From an uncultured delta proteobacterium (GTDB taxonomy: Bacteria > Desulfobacterota > Desulfobacteria > Desulfobacterales > JAFDCJ01): DNA of 64,000 bases. Positions 21,029 to 31,232 of this stretch are shown piece after piece. Location: contig CAVYNY010000017.1 in assembly GCA_963769935.1 (NCBI GenBank), positions 64,001 to 128,000 on the forward strand. The letters are read 5' to 3'. The notes under the pieces were generated by a model. That model made no database searches and was not told where the DNA came from. It saw nothing but the letters and a program-made list of their open reading frames with translations. The position numbers were made by a program, and so were the translations under genes. Within the stretch, counting starts at the first letter, position 1. Each line of letters starts with the position of its first letter.

Positions 21029-23005
21029 ATGGGTATTGCGACTGACATCATCCTTCTTATTATTGCGGCGTTTATTTGTGGTCTAGTGCTGCAGCGGCTC
21101 GGGCAACCCTTAATTATCGGCTATCTCGCTGCGGGAGTAATCTTGGGACCCCATACAGGGGGGCTTACGATCTCCAATATTCACGAGATTGAGCTGCTCG
21201 CCGAGATCGGCATTGCGCTGCTTCTGTTCGCCCTCGGACTTGAATTTTCTCTCAAAGATCTCAAGCCGGTTAAAGAAGTGGCGCTTATAGGCACACCGAT
21301 CCAAATCGTCCTTACCATGGGCCTTGGTATCGGTATTGGACACTTGATGGGATGGAATTGGAAGCCGTCGCTATGGCTCGGTGCCCTTATTTCTGTTTCG
21401 AGCACCATGGTGATTCTCAAAACGTTGATGAACCAGGGCTGGTTGGGAACCCTTTCGAGTAAGGTGATGATCGGGATGCTCATAGTTCAGGATTTGGCGG
21501 TGATCCCGATGATGATCATTCTCCCCCAGCTGAACAATCCGGCGATGGGGCTGCCGGCTCTTGGTTTCGCAGCCCTGAAAGCCGGGGCGTTCATCATTGG
21601 GATGATCCTGCTCGGCACCAGGTTGTTGCCGCGCCTGATGGCACATATCGCCAAACTCGGCTCAAGGGAGCTTTTTTTGCTGGCAATCACCGCTATCGGG
21701 CTGGGGGTGGGTTATATAACTTACCTGGTAGGGCTTTCGTTTGCATTTGGCGCGTTTGTCGCCGGAATGGTGCTGAGCGAGTCGGACTATGGCCATCAGG
21801 CCCTAAGTGATATTATTCCGCTGCGCGATCTCTTTGGCCTGTTGTTTTTTACATCGGTCGGCATGCTCTTTGACCCAGCATTTCTATTAAATCATATACG
21901 GCAGGTGGTTATCCTGGTGCTGGCAGTCTGCCTGGGCAAGGGACTTATTTTCGCGCTGATAGTTCGAGTTTTCAAATATCGAAATGTAATACCCTTGGCC
22001 GTTGGGCTGGGCTTGTTTCAAATTGGTGAGTTCTCCTTGGTTCTCGCCAGGGTGGGGCTATCGACGAACTCGATTGGGAGTGATCTTTACTCTTTGATAC
22101 TGACCACTGCTATCCTGACGATGGTTCTCACGCCTTTTCTCTCAGGCCAGACTGCAAGGATATACGCATTGAAAAAGAGGTGGTTCCGCCATGAAGCGCT
22201 CGAGTCATCAAACCTGCCCGATGCCGGAGTTGCCGGCCATGTTGTTATTGCCGGCGGCGGACGCGTGGGGTTTCAGATAGCCCAGATCCTGAAACGTTTG
22301 AACCTGCAGGTTGTGATCATCGAGCTTGATCACCGGCGGTTTGAACAAGCCAAGGAAGCTGGAATGGCGGTTGTTTATGGCGATGCCGGCCAGGAAATTG
22401 TTCTTGAGGCGGCCGGAATCAAAGATGCCTCGCTTCTGATCATGACGATTCCCGGACTTGTTGCGGCCAGATCGGTCCTAGTTCAGTCAAAGCGTTTAAA
22501 TGAACGGCTCCAAATCGTAGCCCGAATATCCGGTCCGGATTATTTTGCCGTATTAAAGGAGTTGGGAGTCTCCCAAGCGGTACTGCCGGAATTCGAGGCG
22601 AGCCTTGAAATGACCCGCCAATCTCTTCTCCGTCTCCAAGTTCCACCGACCGAAGTTCACCGCTATACGGATACCGTGCGACAGGATCTTTATGCCCATT
22701 TGCTTAATAAAGGCGATGAATACCGAGTGCTTTCCCAACTCCGGGATGCCGAACAGCAATTTGATTTGCAATGGTTCCAGTTGGCTCCGGAGAGCACGAT
22801 TGTTCATCGGTCGATAGGAGAGAGCGAAATACGAAGAAAAACAGGCGCCTCTGTCGTGGGCATTGTCCGGGAGGGGCAGCTTAAGCCGAATCCGCATGCG
22901 GATTTTGTTTTGCTGCCGCATGATCTGGTAGCAATAATCGGCAGTGATGGCGACCGGGTGGCATTTTGCCGTATGGCGGCATCTGCCGCCTGCAACGAGC
23001 ATTGA
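21029..23005 (+). CDS. CPA2-family cation/H+ antiporter (KefC/YbaL-like) with TrkA-N and TrkA-C domains
   Basis: [29 protein letters not shown] and QIGEFS motifs; GGGRVG Rossmann motif; C-terminal RCK_C. Confidence 0.92.
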   Translation: MGIATDIILLIIAAFICGLVLQRLGQPLIIGYLAAGVILGPHTGGLTISNIHEIELLAEIGIALLLFALGLEFSLKDLKPVKEVALIGTPIQIVLTMGLGIGIGHLMGWNWKPSLWLGALISVSSTMVILKTLMNQGWLGTLSSKVMIGMLIVQDLAVIPMMIILPQLNNPAMGLPALGFAALKAGAFIIGMILLGTRLLPRLMAHIAKLGSRELFLLAITAIGLGVGYITYLVGLSFAFGAFVAGMVLSESDYGHQALSDIIPLRDLFGLLFFTSVGMLFDPAFLLNHIRQVVILVLAVCLGKGLIFALIVRVFKYRNVIPLAVGLGLFQIGEFSLVLARVGLSTNSIGSDLYSLILTTAILTMVLTPFLSGQTARIYALKKRWFRHEALESSNLPDAGVAGHVVIAGGGRVGFQIAQILKRLNLQVVIIELDHRRFEQAKEAGMAVVYGDAGQEIVLEAAGIKDASLLIMTIPGLVAARSVLVQSKRLNERLQIVARISGPDYFAVLKELGVSQAVLPEFEASLEMTRQSLLRLQVPPTEVHRYTDTVRQDLYAHLLNKGDEYRVLSQLRDAEQQFDLQWFQLAPESTIVHRSIGESEIRRKTGASVVGIVREGQLKPNPHADFVLLPHDLVAIIGSDGDRVAFCRMAASAACNEH

Positions 23006-23023
23006 CAAGGGCCTGCAAAACCG

Positions 23024-23208
23024 TCAAGCAGCCGGCTTGTGCTTGAGAATTTCCTCGCGCGTCAATCCCTGCATCTCGTGAGGGAAGACCAGCCACTGGC
23101 CAGTGGAGCGCACGTAGTAGTCGGGCACCAGGGCGCTGCGATTCTTGGTGGGTTTGTAGTAGACGGTGGCGATGCGCATCTGTTCGGGGAGATTGCGGCG
23201 GCAGCGCC
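23024..23208 (-). pseudogene. 3' fragment of a purine phosphoribosyltransferase-family gene
   Basis: Manual translation: RCRRNLPEQMRIATVYYKPTKNRSALVPDYYVRSTGQWLVFPHEMQGLTREEILKHKPAA* (xATxxYKP..PDY..WLVFPHE pattern); no start codon or N-terminus. Confidence 0.7.
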
Positions 23209-23248
23209 TCCCTTCGGGCGTCCGCGCTCCCCAGGCCGCTGGTCCAGG

Positions 23249-24280
23249 TCAGTCTGTCACATTGGGATTGCGTTCGCTGAACGCGGCACGCTGGTGCCAG
23301 TACGGATAGATCGGCAGGCGGCGGCTGGCGGCATCCAGTTTGGCGATATGCGCCTTGTCGAGTTGCCAGCCGATGGCACCCAGATTTTGCTTCAGCTGTT
23401 CTTCGTTGCGTGCGCCGATGACAACGCTGGCGACTGTCGGGCGCTGCGTTACCCAGTTGAGCGCGACCTGCGGGACGCTCTTGCCTGCCTCCTTGGCGAC
23501 CTCATCGAGCGCGTCGATCACGTCGTACAAATATTCCTCTTCCACCGGTGGGCCGCCCGCCGCGCCGCCTTGCTGGATGCGTCCGTCGCCCGGCGCCTGG
23601 CCACGGCGCATTTTGCCCGTGAGCCGGCCCCAGCCCAGCGGACTCCAGGCCATGGTACCCAGGCCTTCGGACAGCGCCAACGGCATCAATTCCCATTCGT
23701 ACTCCCGGCCGATCAGCGAGTAGTAGCCCTGATAGCTCACGTACCGGCCCAGGCCATAGCGCTCCGAGGTGGCCAATGACTTCATGACATGCCAGCCGGA
23801 AAAATTCGAGCAGCCGATGTAACGGATTTTGCCGGCCCGGATCAGGTCGTCCAGCGTGCGCAGGGTTTCCTCCACCGGCGTGAGCGCGTCGAACCCGTGC
23901 ATGAAATAGACATCTATGTAGTCGGTGCCCAGGCGCTTGAGGCTGGCTTCGCACTGCTCGAGCAGGTGATGGCGCGAGGAGCCCTTGTCATTGGGGCCGG
24001 GCCCCATGGAGAAAGTTGCCTTGGTGGAGATCAGTACCTCGGAGCGTCTTCCTTTAAGCGCCTCGCCGAGAATTTGCTCGGAGGCGCCACCGGAGTACAC
24101 GTTGGCGGTATCGAAGAAATTCAGCCCTGCTTCCAGGCAGATGTCGACAAGCCGACGAGCCTGCTGCGCTTCCGTGGTGCCCCACTTGCTGAACATCTCG
24201 CCGACGCCCCCGAAGGTGCCGGTGCCCAGGGTGAGTACGGGAACTTTCAGGCCGGAGCGGCCGAACTGGCGATATTCCAT
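23249..24280 (-). CDS. Aldo/keto reductase
   Basis: GLNFFDTANVYS, STK, SLKRLGTDYIDVYFMH, GKIRYIGCSN and WSPLGWG motifs; AGGAG RBS. Confidence 0.95.
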   Translation of the reverse strand: MEYRQFGRSGLKVPVLTLGTGTFGGVGEMFSKWGTTEAQQARRLVDICLEAGLNFFDTANVYSGGASEQILGEALKGRRSEVLISTKATFSMGPGPNDKGSSRHHLLEQCEASLKRLGTDYIDVYFMHGFDALTPVEETLRTLDDLIRAGKIRYIGCSNFSGWHVMKSLATSERYGLGRYVSYQGYYSLIGREYEWELMPLALSEGLGTMAWSPLGWGRLTGKMRRGQAPGDGRIQQGGAAGGPPVEEEYLYDVIDALDEVAKEAGKSVPQVALNWVTQRPTVASVVIGARNEEQLKQNLGAIGWQLDKAHIAKLDAASRRLPIYPYWHQRAAFSERNPNVTD

Positions 24281-24304
24281 GATGGCTCCTTGAAGATTGG
24301 GGGA

Positions 24305-24568
24305 TTATTTCCCGGCGCGGTGATTTCGCAGGATGGCGGCAAGCAGGCCGGGGAAACGCTTGTCGATTTCCGCCCGCCGCACGGTATTACGCATGGCGAC
24401 GCCGATTTTCTGCGAGCGAATCAAGCCGGCCTTCCGCAGCACCTTGTGGTGGAAGGAAATCGTGGACGGCGGCAAGCCGGTTCAGGCTTCATTGCAGCTC
24501 ATGCCCTCGCTGTCGATCAGCTTGGCGATAATCTCGCGCCGCGTGGGGTCGGAAAGCACGTACAGCAT
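24305..24568 (-). pseudogene. ArsR/SmtB-family regulator, 5'-truncated by the IS end, with an in-frame TGA
   Basis: MLYVLSDPTRREIIAKL..MSCNEA*TGLPPSTISFHHKVLRKAGLI...IDKRFPGLL; TGA at 24482-24484. Confidence 0.75.
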
Positions 24569-24928
24569 ATTGAAGCACCCATCAAAGCAAACTTTACATA
24601 TTCAAGTAATCATAGCCGGTTTTGCTGTCAAGATTAATTTTTACACCGGGAGTGCATTTTCAGGCCAATTCGAGTATAGCTCGCCGGTTTGCCTGGGCTG
24701 GAACTTTTTAAAGGTAGGATTCCGTCTTCGTTCTTTAGGCTTCGCTTTCAGCTACGACCCAACAGGTCGAACTACGCCGCGACAAGCCCATCGGATGCAG
24801 CACATCCATCAGGTAATCATCCGCGCCGGGCGATGAGGATTTATCATAGATGAGGAAGGACTCAGTTGGTCCGCCTCAGGTGGATTGGCTCGAGGAGGCG
24901 GTTTACGCTTGACATCCCACAAGCCCAG
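24569..24928 (-). mobile_element. IS91-family remnant, copy A: transposase C-terminus plus downstream non-coding end, lacking the terminal ~110 bp
   Basis: 24569-24714 aligns with copies B and C. 24928->24708 reads LGLWDVKRKPPPRAN..PTESFLIYDKSSSPGADDYLMDVLHPMESYL* once small palindromic inserts are removed. Confidence 0.75.
24724..24789. repeat. 66-bp nested palindromic insertion in the transposase tail
   Basis: Outer GTCTTCGTTC..GAACTACGCCGCGACAAG, inner GGCTTCGCTTTCAGCTACGACCCAACAGG; flanked by CC; removal restores the reading frame. Confidence 0.65.
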
Positions 24929-25242
24929 GCTTTTTGATGCGCATGGCGTGCGGTTCCTTGCTTAATGCCCGGATGGTCGATCTGTCTTGAACGCATTGGA
25001 AACGGCGCCCCTGCGGGCAATCCGTGATTGGGTGGTACCGGCCCCGGTGCGGTGCCCGGCCCGCAATCCAACGGGGTGTCAGGGCACTGCGGGAGGGTGC
25101 CGATACCGTTGGAATTTATCAGAGTGATGGTAACGAATCGAAGGAGAAACACAATTTGCAGAGGAGGCAGGAAATTTTTTCCACAAGATATAGGGTCAAT
25201 CTCGAGAGATGGGGCCTCTGAAAGATTGATTCCAGTAGAAAA

Positions 25243-26040
25243 CTACAGGATCTTCGACAGGAACTGCCGTGTGCGTTCCTCGCGCGGATGATTGAAGAAG
25301 GCCGCGGGTGTGCCTTCCTCGATGATCTTGCCGTCTTCCATCATCAGCACCCGGTCGGCGGCCTCGCGGGCGAAGCCCATCTCGTGGGTGACCACCACCA
25401 TCGTCATGCCTTCTTGGGCCAGCGTTTTCATCACCTCGAGCACCTCGCCGACGAGCTCGGGGTCGAGTGCCGAAGTGGGCTCGTCGAAGAGCATCAGCTT
25501 TGGCTGCATCGCCAGCGCCCGGGCGATCGCCACCCGCTGCTGCTGGCCGCCGGAGAGCTGGCTGGGATAGGAATGCATGCGCTCGGCCAGGCCGACGCGG
25601 CGCAGCAGCTCGTGGGCGCTGTCAAGCGCCTGCTCCCGGGAGATCTTGCGAACATGGATGGGCGCCTCGATGACATTTTCCAGCGCCGTCATGTGGCCGA
25701 AGAGATTGAAGCGCTGGAAGACCATGCCGATCTCGGCACGACGGGCGCAGACCTCGCGGTCGCGCAGCTCGTAGATGCGCTCGCCCATTTGCTTGTAACC
25801 GACCATGTGACCATCCACCCACAGTCTGCCGGCATCGATCTTCTCGAGATGATTGATGCAGCGCAGGAAGGTCGATTTGCCCGAGCCTGATGCCCCCAGC
25901 AGGCACACCACCTCGCCGCGCTGCACCTCGAGGGAGATGCCCTTCAACACCTCGATATGGCCGAAGCGCTTGTATACCGCCTCGGCCTTGACCATTGGCG
26001 TCGATGGTGTCGGTGTTTGGGTGGCAGGGCGATCATTCAT
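25243..26040 (-). CDS. Polar amino-acid ABC ATP-binding protein (GlnQ-like)
   Basis: [22 protein letters not shown] and [17 protein letters not shown] motifs; ATG at 26040 overlaps the permease stop. Confidence 0.93.
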   Translation of the reverse strand: MNDRPATQTPTPSTPMVKAEAVYKRFGHIEVLKGISLEVQRGEVVCLLGASGSGKSTFLRCINHLEKIDAGRLWVDGHMVGYKQMGERIYELRDREVCARRAEIGMVFQRFNLFGHMTALENVIEAPIHVRKISREQALDSAHELLRRVGLAERMHSYPSQLSGGQQQRVAIARALAMQPKLMLFDEPTSALDPELVGEVLEVMKTLAQEGMTMVVVTHEMGFAREAADRVLMMEDGKIIEEGTPAAFFNHPREERTRQFLSKIL

Positions 26041-26933
26041 GGACTGGGCACTCCGGTGGAGAAACGGACAAGGAAACGGCGGAATTTTTGCAACGGGGTG
26101 GCCGGCAGGCTGCGGCTGGCGCCGCGGCCGAAATGGCGCTCGATGTAGAACTGGCCGATCGACAACAGCGTCGTCACCATCAAGTACCAGATGCAAGCCA
26201 CCAAGAGCAGTGGGATCGTGCGGTAGTTGACCGAATAGATGAGCTGCACCGAGTAGAGCAGCTCGGTGACCGCGATGACGCTCACCAGCGAGGTGGTCTT
26301 GAGCATCGAGATGGTCTCGTTGCCGGTGGGCGGGATGATCACCCGCATCGCCTGCGGCAGGATGATGCGGCGCATCGTCAATAGCCGCGACATGCCCAGC
26401 GCCGAGGCCGCCTCGCTCTGGCCCTCGTCGACCGAGAGGATGCCGGCGCGGACGATCTCGGTCATGTAGGCGGCCTCGTTGAGCCCCAGCGCCAGGATGG
26501 CGGCGACGAACGGGGTAATCAGCGCGTTGGCGTTCAGGGTGAAGCCGCCCCAGCCGATGACCGGATAGAGCGCGGTGATGTTGAACCAGAAGATGATTTG
26601 CACCAGTACCGGGGTACCGCGGAAGAACCAGATGTAGAACCAGGCCGCGCCTGCCACCAGCGGATTGGGCGACAGCCGCATCACCGCCAACACGACGCCC
26701 AGAACGATGCCGATGGCCATCGAGATGACGGTGAGTTCGAGGGTGAGCACCAGGCCGTCCAGCACCCGCATCGAGAAGAAAAACTGCCCGACAATGCTCC
26801 ACTCGAAGCGCGGATTGGTGGTAATCGAATACAGCGCCGCCAGCGACAGCAGCAGCACCATCGCCCCGGCGATCCACCGGCCGGTATGGCGCACCGGTAT
26901 CGACTTGATCGGCTCAGGCGTTTCCGGCGGCAA
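26037..26933 (-). CDS. Polar amino-acid ABC permease
   Basis: [22 protein letters not shown] and [11 protein letters not shown] motifs. Confidence 0.93.
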   Translation of the reverse strand: MPPETPEPIKSIPVRHTGRWIAGAMVLLLSLAALYSITTNPRFEWSIVGQFFFSMRVLDGLVLTLELTVISMAIGIVLGVVLAVMRLSPNPLVAGAAWFYIWFFRGTPVLVQIIFWFNITALYPVIGWGGFTLNANALITPFVAAILALGLNEAAYMTEIVRAGILSVDEGQSEAASALGMSRLLTMRRIILPQAMRVIIPPTGNETISMLKTTSLVSVIAVTELLYSVQLIYSVNYRTIPLLLVACIWYLMVTTLLSIGQFYIERHFGRGASRSLPATPLQKFRRFLVRFSTGVPSP

Positions 26934-27075
26934 TGATCTTCTCCCATCGAGCGCTCATTGCGCTCATTTTATTGTCCTTTTCAACCATGAACAGATCCCG
27001 CGCGGCCGGACATGCCGCGCGGGATCGGGAATAACGGGAAGGGCAATGCCCGCTCCCCTTCATTTCCCTCGCGGT

Positions 27076-27939
27076 TTATTGCTCGGCGACATTAATCTTC
27101 GAGGTCTTCAGTGCCCCCTGGCTGATGCCCCACTTGTCCAGGATCTTCGCGTATTCACCGTTTTTCATCAGGTGCTCGACGGCGGCGCGCAGCGGCTCGG
27201 CCAGGCCCGAATTTTTCGGCACGACGATGCCATAGGGCACGTTGTTATACGCCTTGCCCGAGAGTTTGAATTGCCCATGGGATTCCTTGACAATCCACGC
27301 GGCCACCGGCGAATCGGCCATGCCCACCTGGGCGCGGCCACTGGCAATGGCGAGATTGGCGCCGTTCTGATCGGGAAAGACGGAGACGGTCACCGGACTC
27401 TTGCCGGCAGCGGTGCATTTCTTGCTCTGGGCATTGGCGTCATCGACCTGGATCGTGCCCTTCTCGATGGCCACCGTCTTGCCGCACAGGTCGGCGAGCC
27501 CCTCGATCTTCGGGCCACCATGCGCCTTCACATAGAAGGAGGTGCCGGCGACGAGATAGGTGACGAAGTCGACGACTTTCTCGCGTTTCTTCGTATCGCT
27601 GAACGACGGACATGCCCAGGTCATACTTGCCCGACTGCAGGCCCGGGATGATGCTGTCGAAGCTGGCGTTGACGAATTTGAACTTCACGCCCAACACCTT
27701 GCCGATGGCGTGACCGAGATCGACATCGGCGCCGACGACGGTCTTACCGTCCTTGCCGATGAATTCCATCGGAGCATAGCTGGCGTCGGAGGCCACGGTG
27801 AGCACGCCCTTGTCCTTGTATTTCGCCGGCAGACCGGCGGCGCTTGCGCTGGTGACGGTGACGGGGCGACCAGGGCCAGGGCCGCGCCCAAGCCGAGCGC
27901 GCGGCTGATCGAATGTTTCAACGATTGGCGAGTTTTCAT
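27076..27939 (-). CDS. Polar amino-acid ABC substrate-binding protein, two frameshifts (about 27860 and 27610)
   Basis: Signal peptide MKTRQSLKH..., then LTVASDASYAPMEF..FDSIIPGLQSGKYDLGMS, then SFSDTKKREKVVDFV..YAKILDKWGI in three successive ORFs. Confidence 0.85.
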
Positions 27940-27956
27940 AGATCCTCCTATAGGTT

Positions 27957-28600
27957 AAAGATAAGAACTTGCTTTTCCAGAGCGGATAAATCGAAATTCG
28001 CGAATTGTGTATCGGCTTCAGCTTCCGACTTCGCTCTCCGAGGTACGACGGGACAAGGCAGCTCAACAGATTAAAGCACCCATCAGAGCAAACTATACAT
28101 ACTCAAATAATCAAAGCCGGTTTTGCTGTCAAGACTAATTTTTTACGCCGGGAGTGTATTTTCAGGCCAATTCGAATAGAGCTCACCGGTTTACCTGGGC
28201 TGGAACTTTTTAAAGGATCGACTTGATAGATTTTCTGGATCAACCTTGCCCAATTTTGGCGGAATTCTTTGGGTGAAACCGTAGATTCAATCAGCGCGGA
28301 ACTTGATCATCGGTGCCGGCCTTTTTTGCGTAACCAACTTGATTTATTAGAATGATATCCATAATAACGAACCATCTGTTCGCCCTTATTGGGGATATGG
28401 GTTGTTAATTGTGCTAACCAGTCCAGCGCGTCAAACGTTTTAGACGTTTTACCGTCCTTGGATGCATAGATCACTTTGGCAATTCCGTCTAATGAATCTG
28501 ATGGCGCCACATACCTCATGCGCTCCTGTGAAAAAGATGCCCTGATAATATAACGTGCTAAATTTTCAAGACCTTCCTGATTGTGCGGCCAGATGGCTTT
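27957..28600 (-). mobile_element. IS91-family remnant, copy B: internal transposase fragment plus complete ori-like end
   Basis: Translation LENLARYIIRASFSQERM...LDWLAQLTTHIPNKGEQMVRYYGYHSN...WARLIQKIYQVDPL. End reads GGAAAAGCAAGTTCTTATCT on the minus strand, resembling IS91/ISCR oriIS ends (..TTCCTAT..). Confidence 0.85.
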
Positions 28601-28716
28601 GTTGAAAGACTTGGCATTGTTTTAAACGAGACGTCCACCGGCTGTTATGCTTGGGCGCTGCTATCAAACCATTTCATTTGTTGCTGAGGACCGGTCAAGC
28701 ACCGATTGCCCATGTG
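28598..28716 (+). pseudogene. Internal fragment of a REP-associated (RAYT / IS200-like Y1) HUH transposase
   Basis: FVERLGIVLNETSTGCYAWALLSNH(F)HLLLRTGQAPIAHV with a 1-bp loss at the HUH motif. Confidence 0.75.
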
Positions 28717-28803
28717 ACGGGACTCGTGATGGAAAACATCGAATTTTCCGAATCATGTTGCTGCATGTCGGCCGCCGGATAATTTCTACGGCTAATCCGT
28801 TTT

Positions 28804-29514
28804 TCAGAAACCCAGATATGCCTCCCGCACTTTCGGATCCTTCTCCAGGTCCTTGCCCGTACCTTCCTGAAAGATCCTGCCGTTTTCGATGACATAGCAG
28901 TAGTCGGCGATCTTCAATGTCTGGTGGACGTTCTGCTCCACGAGAAAAATTGTCAACCCTTCTTTGTGGAGTTCTTTGATCACATTGAACACCTCCTGGA
29001 CCAGTATCGGTGCCAGGCCCAGGCTGGGTTCGTCAAACATGATGAAATCGGGGCTCTGCATCAGGCCGCGGCCAATGGCGACCATCTGCTGCTCGCCGCC
29101 GGAAAGGGTCTCGGCCAGTTGCTTTCGCCGCTCTCCCAGCCGCGGAAAGATGTCATAAACCTTTTCCAGGTTCTTCCGGCGATTTTTTTTTGACCGAGGC
29201 AGGTAGGACCCCACGATGAGGTTTTCCTCCACGTCCATTTTGGGGAAGAGCTGGCGCCCCTCCGGCACAAGCGTAATGCCCAGATTCACGGTGTCGTGAA
29301 CCGGCAGCGTCGTGATATCCTCTCCTTTGTAGAGCATTTTCCCCGCGGTTGCGTGCTGAAGGCCGCAGATCGCTTTCAAGGTCGTGGTTTTACCGGCGCC
29401 GTTTGCGCCCAGAAGGGCCACGAGCTTGCCGGGCTGGACCGAAAAGGATATATCCCACAGGGCCTGCGTTCCGCCGTAATGTACCGATACATCGTTAACG
29501 TCGAGAATGTTCAT
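28804..29514 (-). CDS. livF: Branched-chain amino-acid-type ABC ATPase
   Basis: GANGAGKTT, VPEGRQLF, LSGGEQQM and DEPSLGLAP motifs. Confidence 0.93.
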   Translation of the reverse strand: MNILDVNDVSVHYGGTQALWDISFSVQPGKLVALLGANGAGKTTTLKAICGLQHATAGKMLYKGEDITTLPVHDTVNLGITLVPEGRQLFPKMDVEENLIVGSYLPRSKKNRRKNLEKVYDIFPRLGERRKQLAETLSGGEQQMVAIGRGLMQSPDFIMFDEPSLGLAPILVQEVFNVIKELHKEGLTIFLVEQNVHQTLKIADYCYVIENGRIFQEGTGKDLEKDPKVREAYLGF

Positions 29515-30236
29515 TCAGCTTCCTCCCCCAGATAGGCTTTGATGACTTCCGGATTCTTGGCCACTTCGGCAGGCGTGCCCAGGGCGATCTGTTTGCCGAA
29601 GTTGAGAACCGCCACCCGGTCGCTGATGTTCATGATCACCCGCATGATATGCTCTACGATGAGGATACTGATGCCGCTGTCCCTCAGTTTCAAAATGAGC
29701 TGAATGGTCAGGTCCGTCTCGGTGGGATTCAGCCCCGCCACCACCTCATCCAGCAGCAGCAGGGAAGGCTCGAGTGCCATGGCCTTGCTCACTTCCAAGC
29801 GCTTGCGGCTTGCCAGGGGGAGGCTGGCCGCCGACATGCGGGCCCGATCCGCCAGTCCGGTGAATTCCAGAATCGACCAGGCATGTTTTTCGGCGTCGGG
29901 CCGGCGAGGATGACGGGAAAAAGCGGCGATGACGACGTTTTCCAGCACCGTCAGACCGGGAAAGGGCTTGACCACCTGGAACGTGCGGCCGATGCCGAGC
30001 GTGGCCAATTTGTATGGCGGACGGCCGCTGACATCCACCCCTTTGAAGAGAATGCGGCCCCGTGTGGGAGCGAAATAGCCGCTCACCACGTTGAAGATGG
30101 TCGTCTTGCCGGCGCCGTTCGGTCCGATTAGGCCGACGATTTCCCCTTTCGACACCTCAAAAGAGACATTGTCCACAGCGTGGAGTCCGCCGAATGTTTT
30201 GGTGATCGAATCGAGTTGCAGGATGGCGTCAGACAT
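29511..30236 (-). CDS. livG: Branched-chain amino-acid-type ABC ATPase
   Basis: GPNGAGKTT, GIGRTFQ, LLDEVVAGLN and VIKAYLG motifs. Confidence 0.93.
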   Translation of the reverse strand: MSDAILQLDSITKTFGGLHAVDNVSFEVSKGEIVGLIGPNGAGKTTIFNVVSGYFAPTRGRILFKGVDVSGRPPYKLATLGIGRTFQVVKPFPGLTVLENVVIAAFSRHPRRPDAEKHAWSILEFTGLADRARMSAASLPLASRKRLEVSKAMALEPSLLLLDEVVAGLNPTETDLTIQLILKLRDSGISILIVEHIMRVIMNISDRVAVLNFGKQIALGTPAEVAKNPEVIKAYLGEEAE

Positions 30237-31230
30237 GTTCCGCTCCTCCTTTTTCCGCCTTGAAGTCGGCCGGCGCGTCGTTTATTCCCACCCCTTTCTT
30301 TAGGGCCTTTTTCCCGCCGGCGTACCCGGTGAGGGTGCCCCAAAGACCGTTCGGCAGAAAGACCACCGTCAAAGCGATCATGGCCCCGAGAATGATAAGG
30401 TAAAGGACCTGGTATTCGGAGAGGTAGGCCCAGAAATAGGTCTTGAAGGCATAAACCAGAACGGCGCCTATCGCCGGTCCTATGAGGGTGCCCAGGCCGC
30501 CGAAAACAGCCATGACCATGGCCTGATCGGTGACGATGTCGGCCAGTACCGAAGCCGGATCGATAAAGGTGATCCAGTAGGCGTAGATCCCCCCCAACAC
30601 GCCGGCGGGCACTGCCGAGAGCGCAAAGGCTTTGGTTTTGATAAGGGCCGGGTTCAGTCCCAGTGCCATGGCGCCGGATTCGTCCTCCCGCATGGCCTTT
30701 AGCTTCAATCCGAAGGGGGCCCGCTCCAGCAGAAACCAGAGCAGGAGAAAGGTGGCCGCGACTACTATGAGCATCAGATAATAGAAAAAATTGGGGTGTA
30801 GAAAGGGCGGCAGCCGCATGCCGTCTGGACCGCCGGTGATGTTCATCACCAGCGCGACCTGCATAACGGCCAACTGCAGGGCCCAGGTGGCGATGGCGAA
30901 ATAGGCGCCCTTCAGGCGAAGGGTGGGTACTCCGGCAATCACCGCGGCGGCGGCGGCGGCCAATCCCGCCGCGGGGAGTGTGGCGGCGAAGGTCCAGCCG
31001 TATTTCATCATGAGGATTGCCGTCACATAGGCGCCGATGCCGAAAAATGCGCCGTGGCCGAAATTGAGGTAGCCGGTGTAACCGGCCATGACGTCCCAGG
31101 TGATGGCCATGCCGATCCACATGAAGCATTCGGTTACGATGCGCAGTACAAAGGAATCCTGTGTGAATCGTGGGATGATCAGTAGTACCGCCATGATCAG
31201 GCAGAAAATGAGGGTCTTTTTGTTTCGCAT
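30229..31230 (-). CDS. livM: Branched-chain amino-acid-type ABC permease
   Basis: GYTGYLNFGHGAFFGIGAY and LRLKGAYFAIAT motifs; start MRNKK at 31230. Confidence 0.9.
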   Translation of the reverse strand: MRNKKTLIFCLIMAVLLIIPRFTQDSFVLRIVTECFMWIGMAITWDVMAGYTGYLNFGHGAFFGIGAYVTAILMMKYGWTFAATLPAAGLAAAAAAVIAGVPTLRLKGAYFAIATWALQLAVMQVALVMNITGGPDGMRLPPFLHPNFFYYLMLIVVAATFLLLWFLLERAPFGLKLKAMREDESGAMALGLNPALIKTKAFALSAVPAGVLGGIYAYWITFIDPASVLADIVTDQAMVMAVFGGLGTLIGPAIGAVLVYAFKTYFWAYLSEYQVLYLIILGAMIALTVVFLPNGLWGTLTGYAGGKKALKKGVGINDAPADFKAEKGGAEHV

Positions 31231-31232
31231 GG

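Noticed and set aside
24482..24484. Selenocysteine in the ArsR fragment
   Set aside because: No convincing SECIS hairpin at the right distance and the gene is already truncated; a nonsense change is more likely.
25243..26877. 544-aa ATPase fusion in the ORF track
   Set aside because: The N-terminal half is an alternative frame over the permease; the real start is ATG 26040.
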